The notes beneath the pieces are model-generated. The model worked only from the letters and a program-made list of their open reading frames with translations. It ran no database searches and was not told where the DNA came from. A program made the position numbers and the translations under genes. From IMG/VR virus record IMGVR_UViG_2936984999_000007: DNA of 64,000 nt, one strand, 5' to 3'. Below are positions 37,186 through 46,415 of this stretch, piece by piece. Each line of letters begins with the position of its first letter. Position 1 is the first letter of the stretch. Origin of the DNA: a virus.

Positions 37186-37629
37186 ATGACGAAGAACGAA
37201 GACCGCATCAATAAACTTTTCAAGGAACTGGTACCGGAGACGGGCAAGGCGGACAGCCTCGCAGGGGAGCTGGTAAGGGCAATGAGCCGCATCGGATACC
37301 GCTTTTACAACGACGGTGACCAGCTGGGCATCGGCTACGGCAAGGAAACCTGCAACCCTGCAGGGCGGTTCCTTGGAGCCAAGGGAAACGACAAAATCGC
37401 AAAGCTGACTGCAGATGCCTGGGCAGTTTACAGCGAGGAAGCCTACGAAAAGGTTCTGGACATCCTTTGCGGAGCGGTTGCCGACTATGTCGAGCAGAAC
37501 CCAGACCTTAAAAACCAGCCGACCGAAGATATGTGGGACTTCAAGGATGAGGAAGAAGACCAGGATGACAGCTGGGATGAGGAAGAAGATGACTGGGACG
37601 AAGAGGACTACGACGAGGAAGACTACTAA
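37186..37629 (+). CDS. hypothetical protein with an extremely acidic C-terminal tail (DNA-mimic candidate), cassette gene D
   Basis: C-terminus DEEEDQDDSWDEEEDDWDEEDYDEEDY. RBS AACGGAGGATAAGACA. The ORF-track start at 37129 lies inside the promoter. Confidence 0.45.
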   Translation: MTKNEDRINKLFKELVPETGKADSLAGELVRAMSRIGYRFYNDGDQLGIGYGKETCNPAGRFLGAKGNDKIAKLTADAWAVYSEEAYEKVLDILCGAVADYVEQNPDLKNQPTEDMWDFKDEEEDQDDSWDEEEDDWDEEDYDEEDY

Positions 37630-37726
37630 GCCAGAGAAACACAGGGGGCTTGCCGGAAACGGCGGCCCTTTTCCTCTGTCATAATCCTTACAGATCCGGG
37701 CGGTCATCTTTGTGTAGTATAGCCGC

Positions 37727-37755
37727 TTGATAGTGTGTGACATAGACGGTAATAT
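37727..37755 (+). promoter_or_regulatory. cassette promoter copy 5 (TTGATA-17-TAATAT, GCACATACCGAAAGGGAAAAC leader)
   Basis: Conserved family member. Confidence 0.55.
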
Positions 37756-37799
37756 GCACATACCGAAAGGGAAAACAAAGAAAAACGGAGGAAACCACC

Positions 37800-37991
37800 A
37801 TGAAGAAGAACATCACCAAGGAAGAAGAAAAAGCCCTGCTGGAGATCACTAAGCGCCTGCTGGCAGCGGTAGACAGCCGGGGCGACCTCGAAGCCCGCGA
37901 TAATGACAGCGAGGACTTCATTGAGGTTCCGGTCTGGGGCATCCAGAAAGCAATGGAGGAAGCCTACTTGCTGGGACGGATGACCAGATAA
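37800..37991 (+). CDS. small acidic hypothetical protein (63 aa), cassette gene E
   Basis: RBS AACGGAGGAAACCACC. Confidence 0.4.
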   Translation: MKKNITKEEEKALLEITKRLLAAVDSRGDLEARDNDSEDFIEVPVWGIQKAMEEAYLLGRMTR

Positions 37992-38122
37992 ACCGACAGC
38001 CCCCGACACAGCCCTCACACAGAGGCTTGTGCCACGGGTGGCAAAATGATCCGGATGAACCGACAGCGCCCCACACAGGGGCAGATGTGGCGGTGTGGAT
38101 GCGCCAGAAAGAGGAGAAGCAT

Positions 38123-38329
38123 ATGGAAGAACGGATGATGGATACCATCGTGGAAATCTACAACCACATGGATGACAGCGATAAGGATGCCTTCACACTG
38201 GAGGATGCCGAGGATATGGTGGAAGACCAGATCAGGATGGACAAGGAAGCCGGACGGGAGCCGCTGGCATATGACCCGCAGTTCTTCTACGATACCATTG
38301 TGGAACTCATGGAGCAGGATGTAGAATGA
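38123..38329 (+). CDS. small acidic hypothetical protein (68 aa)
   Basis: RBS AGAGGAGAAGCAT. No promoter copy of its own. Confidence 0.3.
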   Translation: MEERMMDTIVEIYNHMDDSDKDAFTLEDAEDMVEDQIRMDKEAGREPLAYDPQFFYDTIVELMEQDVE

Positions 38330-38378
38330 TGTACGTTTTGCCTGGTATTCCGGGCAGAAGATCGTGTACTTTAGCCGC

Positions 38379-38407
38379 TTGCTATCCTTTGCACCTGACG
38401 GTAATAT
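38379..38407 (+). promoter_or_regulatory. cassette promoter copy 6 (TTGCTA-17-TAATAT)
   Basis: Conserved family member. Confidence 0.55.
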
Positions 38408-38463
38408 GCACATACCGAAAGGGAAAGACCCCAAGAAAAAAACGAAAACACGGAGGATTTACC

Positions 38464-38748
38464 ATGAAAAAGCATTTGATCGACTTCCCGGAAAACAACA
38501 TCAGCATCGAGAGTTTCTACGAACGACTCAGACCTTGCTACGACAGCATCATGCAGTTCGGTGACCGGGTTCTGGTTGCCCAGATGAACTGGAACGGCAT
38601 GCTGGAAGGAGCGGTATATGGCTTTGTGGAAGACCCAGAGGAAGGCTGGTCACCGATTGAGTGCCGACTGGAACTTCTGAAGATTTCCGATGAGACCTAC
38701 ACGGATGCCGGTCACGCAATCGAGTGGTGCATCAAGAACGCACACTGA
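38464..38748 (+). CDS. hypothetical protein (94 aa), cassette gene G
   Basis: RBS ACGGAGGATTTACC. Confidence 0.4.
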   Translation: MKKHLIDFPENNISIESFYERLRPCYDSIMQFGDRVLVAQMNWNGMLEGAVYGFVEDPEEGWSPIECRLELLKISDETYTDAGHAIEWCIKNAH

Positions 38749-38860
38749 AAAAGGGCAGAGCTCCTTCGGGGGCTTTTGCTCGTAGTGGCGGATTCTTCCA
38801 GTGTGGAAATATACATAAATCCGACAAAAAGAGGTGTGTATGATCGTGCAGCATAGCCGC

Positions 38861-38889
38861 TTGCTATATCCGGGCGGTGACGGTAATAT
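38861..38889 (+). promoter_or_regulatory. cassette promoter copy 7 (TTGCTA-17-TAATAT)
   Basis: Conserved family member. Confidence 0.55.
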
Positions 38890-38947
38890 ACAGTCACAAC
38901 GAAGGGGAAAGCCCTACGGAAAACAAAACACACGGAGGATACAGACC

Positions 38948-39325
38948 ATGACGAACAAAGCAAAAACCTACCTTAAGAACATTCAGGGAGCCGATACCGA
39001 GAAGAAGCTGATCGGCATCGAGATCGCCTTCAAGCAGGACATGACCCTCAGCTGCAGCGACCTCGGAAGCCTTTGCAGGGCGGCAGAGGACAGGCGGTAC
39101 AGCCTGCGGAACAACGAGGAAACGCTGAAGCTGAAGCAGATCCTTTTCTTCCGGACGAAAGCGGAAATGGATGCCTACCATGACATGAGCCACAAGCCGG
39201 AAGATTGGACGGAAGCGGAGATCAAGCAGCAGAGAAGCCGCTTCTGCAGCGTCTGGCAGGTCATCGAGGAAGCGGAGCTGGTCGATGAATACGAGGCTTG
39301 GAAGGAAGCCAACCCCAACGCATAA
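38948..39325 (+). CDS. hypothetical protein (125 aa), cassette gene H
   Basis: RBS ACGGAGGATACAGACC. Confidence 0.4.
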   Translation: MTNKAKTYLKNIQGADTEKKLIGIEIAFKQDMTLSCSDLGSLCRAAEDRRYSLRNNEETLKLKQILFFRTKAEMDAYHDMSHKPEDWTEAEIKQQRSRFCSVWQVIEEAELVDEYEAWKEANPNA

Positions 39326-39395
39326 CAGCACCCAAAAGGTACACGCCCCGAAAAGGGGCTGTGCCTCGTATCCGATGTGTTTTATATAGATTTCA

Positions 39396-39423
39396 AGGAC
39401 TTCTTCGGAGGTCCTTTTTCTTT
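39396..39423 (+). terminator. strong intrinsic terminator (AGGACTTC-ttcg-GAGGTCC + TTTTTCTTT)
   Basis: Separates the cassette array from the packaging genes. Confidence 0.6.
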
Positions 39424-39453
39424 ACCCAAATTTCAGGAGAGGAGGGGAAGCCA

Positions 39454-39933
39454 ATGGCTACCAGAGGCAGAAAACCAAAGCCGACCGCCATGAAGGAACT
39501 GGAAGGCAATCCAGGCAAGCATCCGCTGAATACCAGCGAACCGAAGCCCAACAAGAAAGCACCGGCCTGTCCGAAGTGGCTGGAGCCGGAAGCAAAGAAA
39601 GAGTGGCGCAGACTTGCCAAACAGATGGAAGCCATCGGCATCCTGACCGAAGTGGACATGGCGGCCTTCGCCGGTTACTGTCAGGCGTATGCCCGATGGA
39701 AAGAGGCAGAGGAGTTCATCACCCAGCACGGCACCATTGTCAAGACCCCGTCCGGCTACTGGCAGCAAGTGCCGCAGGTGTCCATTGCTCAGACCTATCT
39801 GAAAATCATGAATAAGTTTGCCGAGCAGTTCGGCCTGACCCCATCCTCCCGAAGCCGGATCATTGCTTCGGACGGTGGTCCTGCGGATGCAGCCGATGAG
39901 ATGGAGAATCTGCTGGGAGGAGGTGGAAGCTGA
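39454..39933 (+). CDS. terminase small subunit, P27 family
   Basis: MATRGRKPKPTAMKELEGNPGKHPLN ... PACPKWL ... AKKEWRRL matches the P27-family TerS N-terminus. RBS GGAGAGGAGGGG. Confidence 0.75.
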   Translation: MATRGRKPKPTAMKELEGNPGKHPLNTSEPKPNKKAPACPKWLEPEAKKEWRRLAKQMEAIGILTEVDMAAFAGYCQAYARWKEAEEFITQHGTIVKTPSGYWQQVPQVSIAQTYLKIMNKFAEQFGLTPSSRSRIIASDGGPADAADEMENLLGGGGS

Positions 39934-41558
39934 TGGCAGAGTGCAGACCGAAAAACTATCCGAAACTGAAGAACTATAAGCCCAGCCGGTTCATGCTTCC
40001 GACCTGTCACTACGATGCGGCCAAGGCTGACCGGGCAGTGACTTTTATCGAAAACCTGCGCCATACCAAAGGCAAGTGGGCAGGCAAGCGGTTCTGGCTG
40101 CTTCCTTGGCAGGAGCAGATCATTCGGGATGTGTTCGGCATTGTGGATGAAAAAGGGAACCGTCAGTTTCGCACGGCTTATGTCGAAATCGGTAAGAAAA
40201 ACGGAAAGTCAGAGCTTGCCGCTGCGGTGGCCTTGTATCTGCTTTTTGCCGATAACGAGCCGTCTGCCGAAGTCTATGGTGCGGCGGCTGACCGCCAGCA
40301 GGCATCCATCGTTTTTGATGTCGCCCATCAGATGGTGCAGATGACCCCAGCACTTTTGAAACGGTGCAAGATCATGGCGGCCACCAAGCGCATTGTGAAC
40401 TACGGGAATGCAGGATTCTACCAAGTCCTGTCTGCTGAAGTTGGTACGAAGCACGGCCTGAATGTGTCGGGTCTTGTTCTGGATGAGGTACATGCCCAGC
40501 CAAACCGAAAGCTCTACGATGTCCTTACCAAAGGTTCTGGTGATGCCCGTGAACAGCCGCTATTCTTCCTGATTACCACGGCCGGCACGGACAAAGAAAG
40601 CATCTGCTACGAACTGCACATGAAAGCACTTGATCTGCTGAACGGCCGCAAGATTGACCATACTTTTTATCCGGTAGTCTACGGCCTGACCGATGAGGAT
40701 GACTGGCACGATGAAGCCAACTGGTATAAAGCCAATCCGTCTCTCGGACAGACCATCCAGATCCAGCGTGTCCGGGATGCGTATCAGGAAGCATTGGATA
40801 ACCCGGCAGAGGAGAATGTATTCAAGCAGCTTCGTCTGAATATGTGGGTGTCCTCGCTGACGAGATTTATCCCGGAACACATCTACAACCTCGGAAACCA
40901 GCCAATCGATATGGAAGCCCTCAAGGGCCGTGACTGCTATGGCGGACTGGACTTGTCCAGTACCGGAGACATCACGGCTTTTGTGCTGATGTTCCCGCCC
41001 AGAGTTCCAGAGGAGAAATACATCATGCTTCCGTTCTTCTGGATACCGGAGGACACGATCCCCCAGCGTGTGCGCAGGGCATCCGTTCCGTATGATGTCT
41101 GGTATCAGCAGGGCTACCTGATGGCGACCGAGGGAAATGTCATCCACTACGGCTTTATCGAAAAAGTCATCGAGGAGCTTGGCAAGACTTATCACATTCT
41201 GGAGATTGCCTTTGACCGATGGGGAGCCGTGCAGATGACTCAGAACCTTGAGGGGATGGGCTTCACAGTCATTCCTTTTGGTCAGGGATTCAAAGATATG
41301 AGCCCGCCTACCAAGGAGTTTTACAAGCTCCTGATGGAAGGGCGTATTACCCACGGCGGCAATCCGGTCATGGCATGGATGGCGGGGAATGTGGTCGTGG
41401 ATACCGACCCGGCGGGCAACATCAAGCCGACCAAGGCAAAGTCGCCGGAGAAGATTGATGGTATCGTCGCTGCGATCATGGCACTGGATCGCTGTATCCG
41501 AAATGAAGGACAGCAGCAGGGAAGCGTCTACGACGAACGTGACATGATCGTTTTTTGA
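39933..41558 (+). CDS. terminase large subunit
   Basis: Walker-A-like YVEIGKKNGKSEL plus a C-terminal nuclease domain; standard position. Confidence 0.85.
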   Translation: MAECRPKNYPKLKNYKPSRFMLPTCHYDAAKADRAVTFIENLRHTKGKWAGKRFWLLPWQEQIIRDVFGIVDEKGNRQFRTAYVEIGKKNGKSELAAAVALYLLFADNEPSAEVYGAAADRQQASIVFDVAHQMVQMTPALLKRCKIMAATKRIVNYGNAGFYQVLSAEVGTKHGLNVSGLVLDEVHAQPNRKLYDVLTKGSGDAREQPLFFLITTAGTDKESICYELHMKALDLLNGRKIDHTFYPVVYGLTDEDDWHDEANWYKANPSLGQTIQIQRVRDAYQEALDNPAEENVFKQLRLNMWVSSLTRFIPEHIYNLGNQPIDMEALKGRDCYGGLDLSSTGDITAFVLMFPPRVPEEKYIMLPFFWIPEDTIPQRVRRASVPYDVWYQQGYLMATEGNVIHYGFIEKVIEELGKTYHILEIAFDRWGAVQMTQNLEGMGFTVIPFGQGFKDMSPPTKEFYKLLMEGRITHGGNPVMAWMAGNVVVDTDPAGNIKPTKAKSPEKIDGIVAAIMALDRCIRNEGQQQGSVYDERDMIVF

Positions 41559-41582
41559 TATGAAGATTTGGAGGAAAACACA

Positions 41583-41798
41583 ATGAAGTATCTGATGAGC
41601 GCAGAATGGTGGAAGGCAGCCGGTATCCGTGCTGCAAAGACGATGTTCCAGACCGGCGCGGCCCTGGTCGTGACACAGATGCCCGGCGGCACGGTGGACT
41701 GGATGGCGGTCGGCAGTGCAGTGATCGTGGCAGGCGTTGCGTCCCTCGGCACCAGCCTTGCCGGTCTGCCGGAGCTGGAGAAAGGAGATAAGGCTTAA
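41583..41798 (+). CDS. small membrane protein (resembles phi-LC3-type holin family; function uncertain)
   Basis: WWKAAGIRAAKTMFQTGAALVVTQ ... followed by a hydrophobic helix. RBS GGAGGAAAACACA. Confidence 0.3.
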   Translation: MKYLMSAEWWKAAGIRAAKTMFQTGAALVVTQMPGGTVDWMAVGSAVIVAGVASLGTSLAGLPELEKGDKA

Positions 41799-43204
41799 TG
41801 GGATTCTGGGAATGGATGGGGTTTGAGAACCCAAGGGATTCTCCCAAAACAGAACAGCCAAAAGAAGGTCTGCCGCAGGTCACGGATAACGTCCGCGATT
41901 CCGGGCAGACCTTTGTGTTTGGCCGTTCCAATGCCGGGGAGCAGGTGGATGAGAAAGCCGCCATGCAGATTCCGACTGTGTATGCCTGTGTCCGTCTGTT
42001 GGCAGAGTCCATTGCGGCACTGCCGCTGCATCTGTACCGGGTGACAGACGATAACGGCAACAAGGAAAAGGCGAGGGATCATCCACTGTACAAGATTCTG
42101 TATCGCCAGCCCAACCCAGAAATGACATCCTTTGTATTCTGGGAAACGCTGATGACCCATCTGCTTCTTTGGGGCAACGCCTACGCACAGATCGTCCGGG
42201 ACGGAAAGAATACAGTACTGGGTCTGTATCCGCTTTTGCCGGAAAACGTCGAGGTGGATCGGGACGAAAGCGGAGAACTCTACTATATCTACCACGCATA
42301 CACGGACGAAGTTCCGGGAGAGCAGAACAAGGATATCTACTTTCGTCGGGACGAGATCTTTCATGTGCCGGGACTGGGGTTCAATGGTCTGATCGGTTTC
42401 TCGCCAATCGCCATGATGAAGAACAGCCTCGGCACTTCCATTGCGGTGGATAAGTACGGCTCTTCCTTTTTCAAGAACGGCGCACAGCCCAGCGGTGTAC
42501 TGGAACACCCTGGTGTCTTAAAAGACCCGAACCGTGTCCGGGATAACTGGGAGGCCGCATACGGCGGTGCCGCCAATGCCCACCGTGTGGCTGTGCTGGA
42601 AGAGGGCATGGCCTACAAGCCAATCTCCCTGCCGCCAGAGGACAGCCAATTCCTCGAAACAAAGCAGTTCTCTGTGACGGAGATCTGCCGCATCTTCCGT
42701 GTGCCTCCGCATCTGGTGGCCGACCTGTCGAGAGCTACTTTTTCCAACATTGAATACCAGTCGCTGAATTTTGTGATGCATTCCCTGACCCCGTGGCTTG
42801 TCCGCATTGAGCAGGGCATCATTAAGGATCTGCTGCTGGAAGAGGAGCAGGACACCTACTTCCCGAAATTCAATGTGGACGGTCTGCTCCGTGGCGACTA
42901 CCAGAGCCGGATGAACGGCTACGCGACAGGAATAAGCAACGGCTTTCTTTCTCCGAATGATGTGCATCGTCTTGAGAACATGGACCTCATCCCGGCAGAG
43001 GAGGGAGGAGATGACTACTACCTGAACGGCGGGTATGTGAAACTGAAAGACGCCGGGGTGGCACAGCAGAATAAAGCTGCGTCAGTCCAGCAGAATCAGC
43101 CCAAGCAAACACAGTCGGAGGAGCAAGACCCGGAAGAAGAACCTGACAGCGATAACCGGCTGAGTGAGAGTAAGCCACGGAAAAATGGAAGGAGAAACCG
43201 ATGA
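41798..43204 (+). CDS. portal protein (HK97 family)
   Basis: Size and position downstream of TerL. The conserved portal core is at GFNGLIGFSPIAMMKNS ... LPPEDSQFLE. Confidence 0.85.
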   Translation: MGFWEWMGFENPRDSPKTEQPKEGLPQVTDNVRDSGQTFVFGRSNAGEQVDEKAAMQIPTVYACVRLLAESIAALPLHLYRVTDDNGNKEKARDHPLYKILYRQPNPEMTSFVFWETLMTHLLLWGNAYAQIVRDGKNTVLGLYPLLPENVEVDRDESGELYYIYHAYTDEVPGEQNKDIYFRRDEIFHVPGLGFNGLIGFSPIAMMKNSLGTSIAVDKYGSSFFKNGAQPSGVLEHPGVLKDPNRVRDNWEAAYGGAANAHRVAVLEEGMAYKPISLPPEDSQFLETKQFSVTEICRIFRVPPHLVADLSRATFSNIEYQSLNFVMHSLTPWLVRIEQGIIKDLLLEEEQDTYFPKFNVDGLLRGDYQSRMNGYATGISNGFLSPNDVHRLENMDLIPAEEGGDDYYLNGGYVKLKDAGVAQQNKAASVQQNQPKQTQSEEQDPEEEPDSDNRLSESKPRKNGRRNR

Positions 43205-44067
43205 AGAAATTCTGGAACTGGATCAAAAACAGTGACGACACCAGAATCCTCCGGCTGGAAGGCCCCATCGACGAGGAATCGTTCTGGGGCGATGAGATCA
43301 CGCCGCAGATGTTCCGGGATGAGCTGGAATCCGGCGAGGGGGATCTGACCGTCTGGATCAACTCTCCGGGCGGCAATGTGTTCGCCGCTGCCGAGATTTA
43401 TACCATGCTGAAGGACTACAAGGGCAGTATCACGGTCAAGATCGATGCGATTGCGGCATCTGCCGCATCTGTTGTGGCAATGGCCGGTGACACTGTCCAG
43501 ATGAGTCCCGTTGCCATGCTGATGATCCATGACCCCAGCACGGTTGCGATGGGCAATACCAAGGACATGGAAAAGGCCATCGAGGTGCTGACCGAGGTCA
43601 AGGAAAGCATCATCAATGCCTATGCTGCAAAGAGCGGACTCAGCCACGCCCGCATCGCCAACCTCATGAGCAATGAGACCTGGATGAATGCGAAGAAGGC
43701 GGTGGAGCTGGGCTTTGCAGACGAGATCCTTTTTGAAAAGAAAGAGGAGGAGCCGGACAGTGACCCGGCAGACCCGGAGAATCCGGAAGAAGACCCTGAC
43801 AGTGAACCGGGCGAGGGCGAAGAAAAGAAGCCGTTCCAGAAGGATACGGCAGGGCACCTTTTCTCCAGCCGTCAGATGGATCTAATCGTCCTGAACCGTC
43901 TGGGTGTGAAGCCGGAACAGACCGAGCCAAAAGCCAAAGAGCCGGAGAAAACCCCTCCGACAGAACCGCCTGCCAATCCGGGGCCTGTCCTTGACATGGA
44001 CGGCAAGACCGAGGATGGCAGTATCCCCTACAATATCCTGATGAAGCAGCTTGAGTGCATGAAGTGA
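43201..44067 (+). CDS. prohead maturation protease (ClpP/S14 family) with a C-terminal acidic/Pro-rich extension
   Basis: WINSPGGNVFAAAEIYTML ... AASAASVVAMAGD ... MLMIHDPS. Confidence 0.8.
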   Translation: MKKFWNWIKNSDDTRILRLEGPIDEESFWGDEITPQMFRDELESGEGDLTVWINSPGGNVFAAAEIYTMLKDYKGSITVKIDAIAASAASVVAMAGDTVQMSPVAMLMIHDPSTVAMGNTKDMEKAIEVLTEVKESIINAYAAKSGLSHARIANLMSNETWMNAKKAVELGFADEILFEKKEEEPDSDPADPENPEEDPDSEPGEGEEKKPFQKDTAGHLFSSRQMDLIVLNRLGVKPEQTEPKAKEPEKTPPTEPPANPGPVLDMDGKTEDGSIPYNILMKQLECMK

Positions 44068-44127
44068 TGTGCATTTAGGCTGTTTTTCATATCACAACCA
44101 ATCAATTATCTATGGAGGAAATGCACT

Positions 44128-45333
44128 ATGAGTAAGATTCTGGAACTGCGCACCAAGCGCAACACTCTCTGGGAGCAGACCAAGGACTTTCTGGAGAAGA
44201 ACCGCGGCGAGAACGGTCTGGTAAAGGCTGAGGCCGTGGAGCAGTACAACAAGATGGCACAGGAGGTCAAGGACCTGGGTGCAGAGATCGAGCGTCTGGA
44301 GCAGCAGGCACAGATCGAGGCACAGCTGTCCGCACCGACTTCCAGTCCTGTCCACGCTGACCCGAAGAACGGTGCCAAGAAGGATGTCAAGCCGACCGCC
44401 ACTGCCGAGTATGCCGAAAACTTCTGGAACATGATTCGCAACCGTGGCCATTACGGCGAGGTCCGCAATGCCCTGTCTGTGGGTGAGGACACCGAGGGCG
44501 GCTTTACCGTTCCCGATGAGTTTGAAAAGAAGCTGGTGGAGGCACTGGAGGAGAACAACATCTTCCGTGGCATGGCGACCGTCATCCGCACCAGCTCCGG
44601 CACCCGCAAGATCCCTATCGCAGAGGATACCGGTGAAGCCAGCTGGATCGATGAGGGCGAGGAGATCCCGGAGAGCGATACCACTTTCGGTCAGACTATG
44701 CTGTCTGCGTACAAGCTGGGCACTATGATCAAGATCTCCAACGAGCTGCTGAACGATTCCGCATTCGACCTCGCCACCTATATTGCCCGCCGTTTCGGTG
44801 TGCGTATGGGCAACGCAGAGGAGCGCGCCTTTATCACCGGTGACGGTGTGGGCAAGCCTCTGGGTCTGCTGGCTGAGACTGGCGGTGCCAAGGTCGGTGT
44901 GACCGCTGCCCAGAAGGATGCCGTTACCTTCGATGAAATCTTCAAGCTCTACTACGCACTGAAGGCTCCGTACCGCAAGAAGGCACAGTTCCTCTGCAAC
45001 GAAGCCCTGGTGCTGCAGCTGATGACCATTAAGGACAACAACGGCAACTATATCTGGAAACCGGGTCTGGAGATCGGTAAGCCTGATACCCTGCTGAACC
45101 GTCCGCTGAAGACTTCCGCCTTCATGCCGGAGATCAAGGGCGGCAGCAAGGTCATGGCCTTTGGCGATTACAGCTACTACTGGGTAGCTGACCGCCAGAA
45201 CCGCACCTTCCGCCGTCTGAACGAGCTGTATGCCCGTACTGATCAGGTCGGCTTCCTGACCACCCAGCGTGTGGATGGCAAGCTGATCCTGCCTGAAGCC
45301 GTACAGCTTCTGCAGATGGCACCGCAGGGCTAA
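44128..45333 (+). CDS. major capsid protein (HK97 fold) with an N-terminal coiled-coil delta domain
   Basis: Position after the protease; coiled-coil N-terminus; 401 aa. Confidence 0.75.
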   Translation: MSKILELRTKRNTLWEQTKDFLEKNRGENGLVKAEAVEQYNKMAQEVKDLGAEIERLEQQAQIEAQLSAPTSSPVHADPKNGAKKDVKPTATAEYAENFWNMIRNRGHYGEVRNALSVGEDTEGGFTVPDEFEKKLVEALEENNIFRGMATVIRTSSGTRKIPIAEDTGEASWIDEGEEIPESDTTFGQTMLSAYKLGTMIKISNELLNDSAFDLATYIARRFGVRMGNAEERAFITGDGVGKPLGLLAETGGAKVGVTAAQKDAVTFDEIFKLYYALKAPYRKKAQFLCNEALVLQLMTIKDNNGNYIWKPGLEIGKPDTLLNRPLKTSAFMPEIKGGSKVMAFGDYSYYWVADRQNRTFRRLNELYARTDQVGFLTTQRVDGKLILPEAVQLLQMAPQG

Positions 45334-45359
45334 GAAAGCCCGGAAAGGAGGAGCCGGTT

Positions 45360-45698
45360 ATGGCACTGATCCCGCTTTACGAGGCGAAGACCTATCTCCG
45401 CGTGGACAGCAGTGATGAGGATACCATGATCGGCATCCTTTTATCTTCTGCGGAGCAGATGTGCAAGGACGTGGGACGTTTATCGGAAGACCAGTGGGAG
45501 GCAGTCAATGCCGCTGACCGGGATGTCGAGAACGGGGTACAGCCCACAAGGGAACTGGAAGCCTTGCGCAGTACCTGCCGTGTGGCAATTCTGTATGCGC
45601 TGGGCTATCTGTATGAACACCGGGACGAAGCCGACCACCATCAGCTGATGCTGACGCTTCGTTCCATTCTGTTTGCTGTGAGGGAGGGGGTGTTCTGA
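45360..45698 (+). CDS. head-tail connector protein (gp6-like)
   Basis: MALIPLYEAKTYLRVD typical N-terminus. Confidence 0.55.
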   Translation: MALIPLYEAKTYLRVDSSDEDTMIGILLSSAEQMCKDVGRLSEDQWEAVNAADRDVENGVQPTRELEALRSTCRVAILYALGYLYEHRDEADHHQLMLTLRSILFAVREGVF

Positions 45699-46054
45699 TG
45701 ATCGAGAAACTGAATGAGCGGATCACGATCGAGAAAAGCACGGTCGTGACCGATAAGGTCGGAAACCATCGGAACACATGGGAGGAATATTTCACCTGCT
45801 TTGCCTACGCTTCGACCTATCAGGCGCAGGAAGACGAGGGTGAGGTCACAGCCGAACAGAAGAGCGTGGTGTTCACGGTCCGGTGGTGCAGTGAGACGAG
45901 AGGTCTGACTTCCACCGGTTACCGTATCCGCTTCCGGGAGCAGCTCTACAATATCGAATCCGTTGACCCGATGAACTATCAGAAGAAGATCCTGAAGATT
46001 CATTGCCGTTTGGAAAGGAGGCAGCCAGATGAGCAGAACCGTCAGCATCGATGA
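45698..46054 (+). CDS. head closure / head-tail adaptor protein
   Basis: Size and position; ATGA overlap. Confidence 0.5.
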   Translation: MIEKLNERITIEKSTVVTDKVGNHRNTWEEYFTCFAYASTYQAQEDEGEVTAEQKSVVFTVRWCSETRGLTSTGYRIRFREQLYNIESVDPMNYQKKILKIHCRLERRQPDEQNRQHR

Positions 46055-46406
46055 GATGGCAGATGCCATCAATGAAGGCCTGAAAGAGTATGCGACCCTT
46101 GCCTCCACCGAGGTCAAGAAGGCTGTGAGAAAATCAGCCAAGACCGTCAAGGAGCAGATTCAGTCCGGCGCACCGTCCAGAACGGGAGCATACAAAGGAA
46201 GCTGGGTGGCGACCAAACAGTCGGAATCCAGCCAGAGCCTTCAGATGGTGGTGCATTCCAAGAACCGCTACCAGCTGGCACATCTGCTGGAAAAAGGCCA
46301 TGCCAAGCGCGGCGGTGGCCGGGTGGCAGGAAGACCGCATATCGCTCCGGCAGAACAGGCTGGTATTGAGCAGCTCCAATCCCTTATCGAAAAGGCACTG
46401 AAATAG
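46029..46406 (+). CDS. HK97 gp10-family tail component
   Basis: Size and position. Confidence 0.5.
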   Translation: MSRTVSIDEMADAINEGLKEYATLASTEVKKAVRKSAKTVKEQIQSGAPSRTGAYKGSWVATKQSESSQSLQMVVHSKNRYQLAHLLEKGHAKRGGGRVAGRPHIAPAEQAGIEQLQSLIEKALK

Positions 46407-46415
46407 GAGGAGTCT

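Noticed and set aside
36096-39330. CRISPR array interpretation of the repeated elements
   Set aside because: The repeats are about 60-80 bp promoter-leader modules with variable spacing of 300-650 bp, each followed by an ORF. There are no short regular repeat-spacer units and no cas genes.
40560-41861. 433 aa minus-strand ORF
   Set aside because: Antisense to the terminase large subunit.
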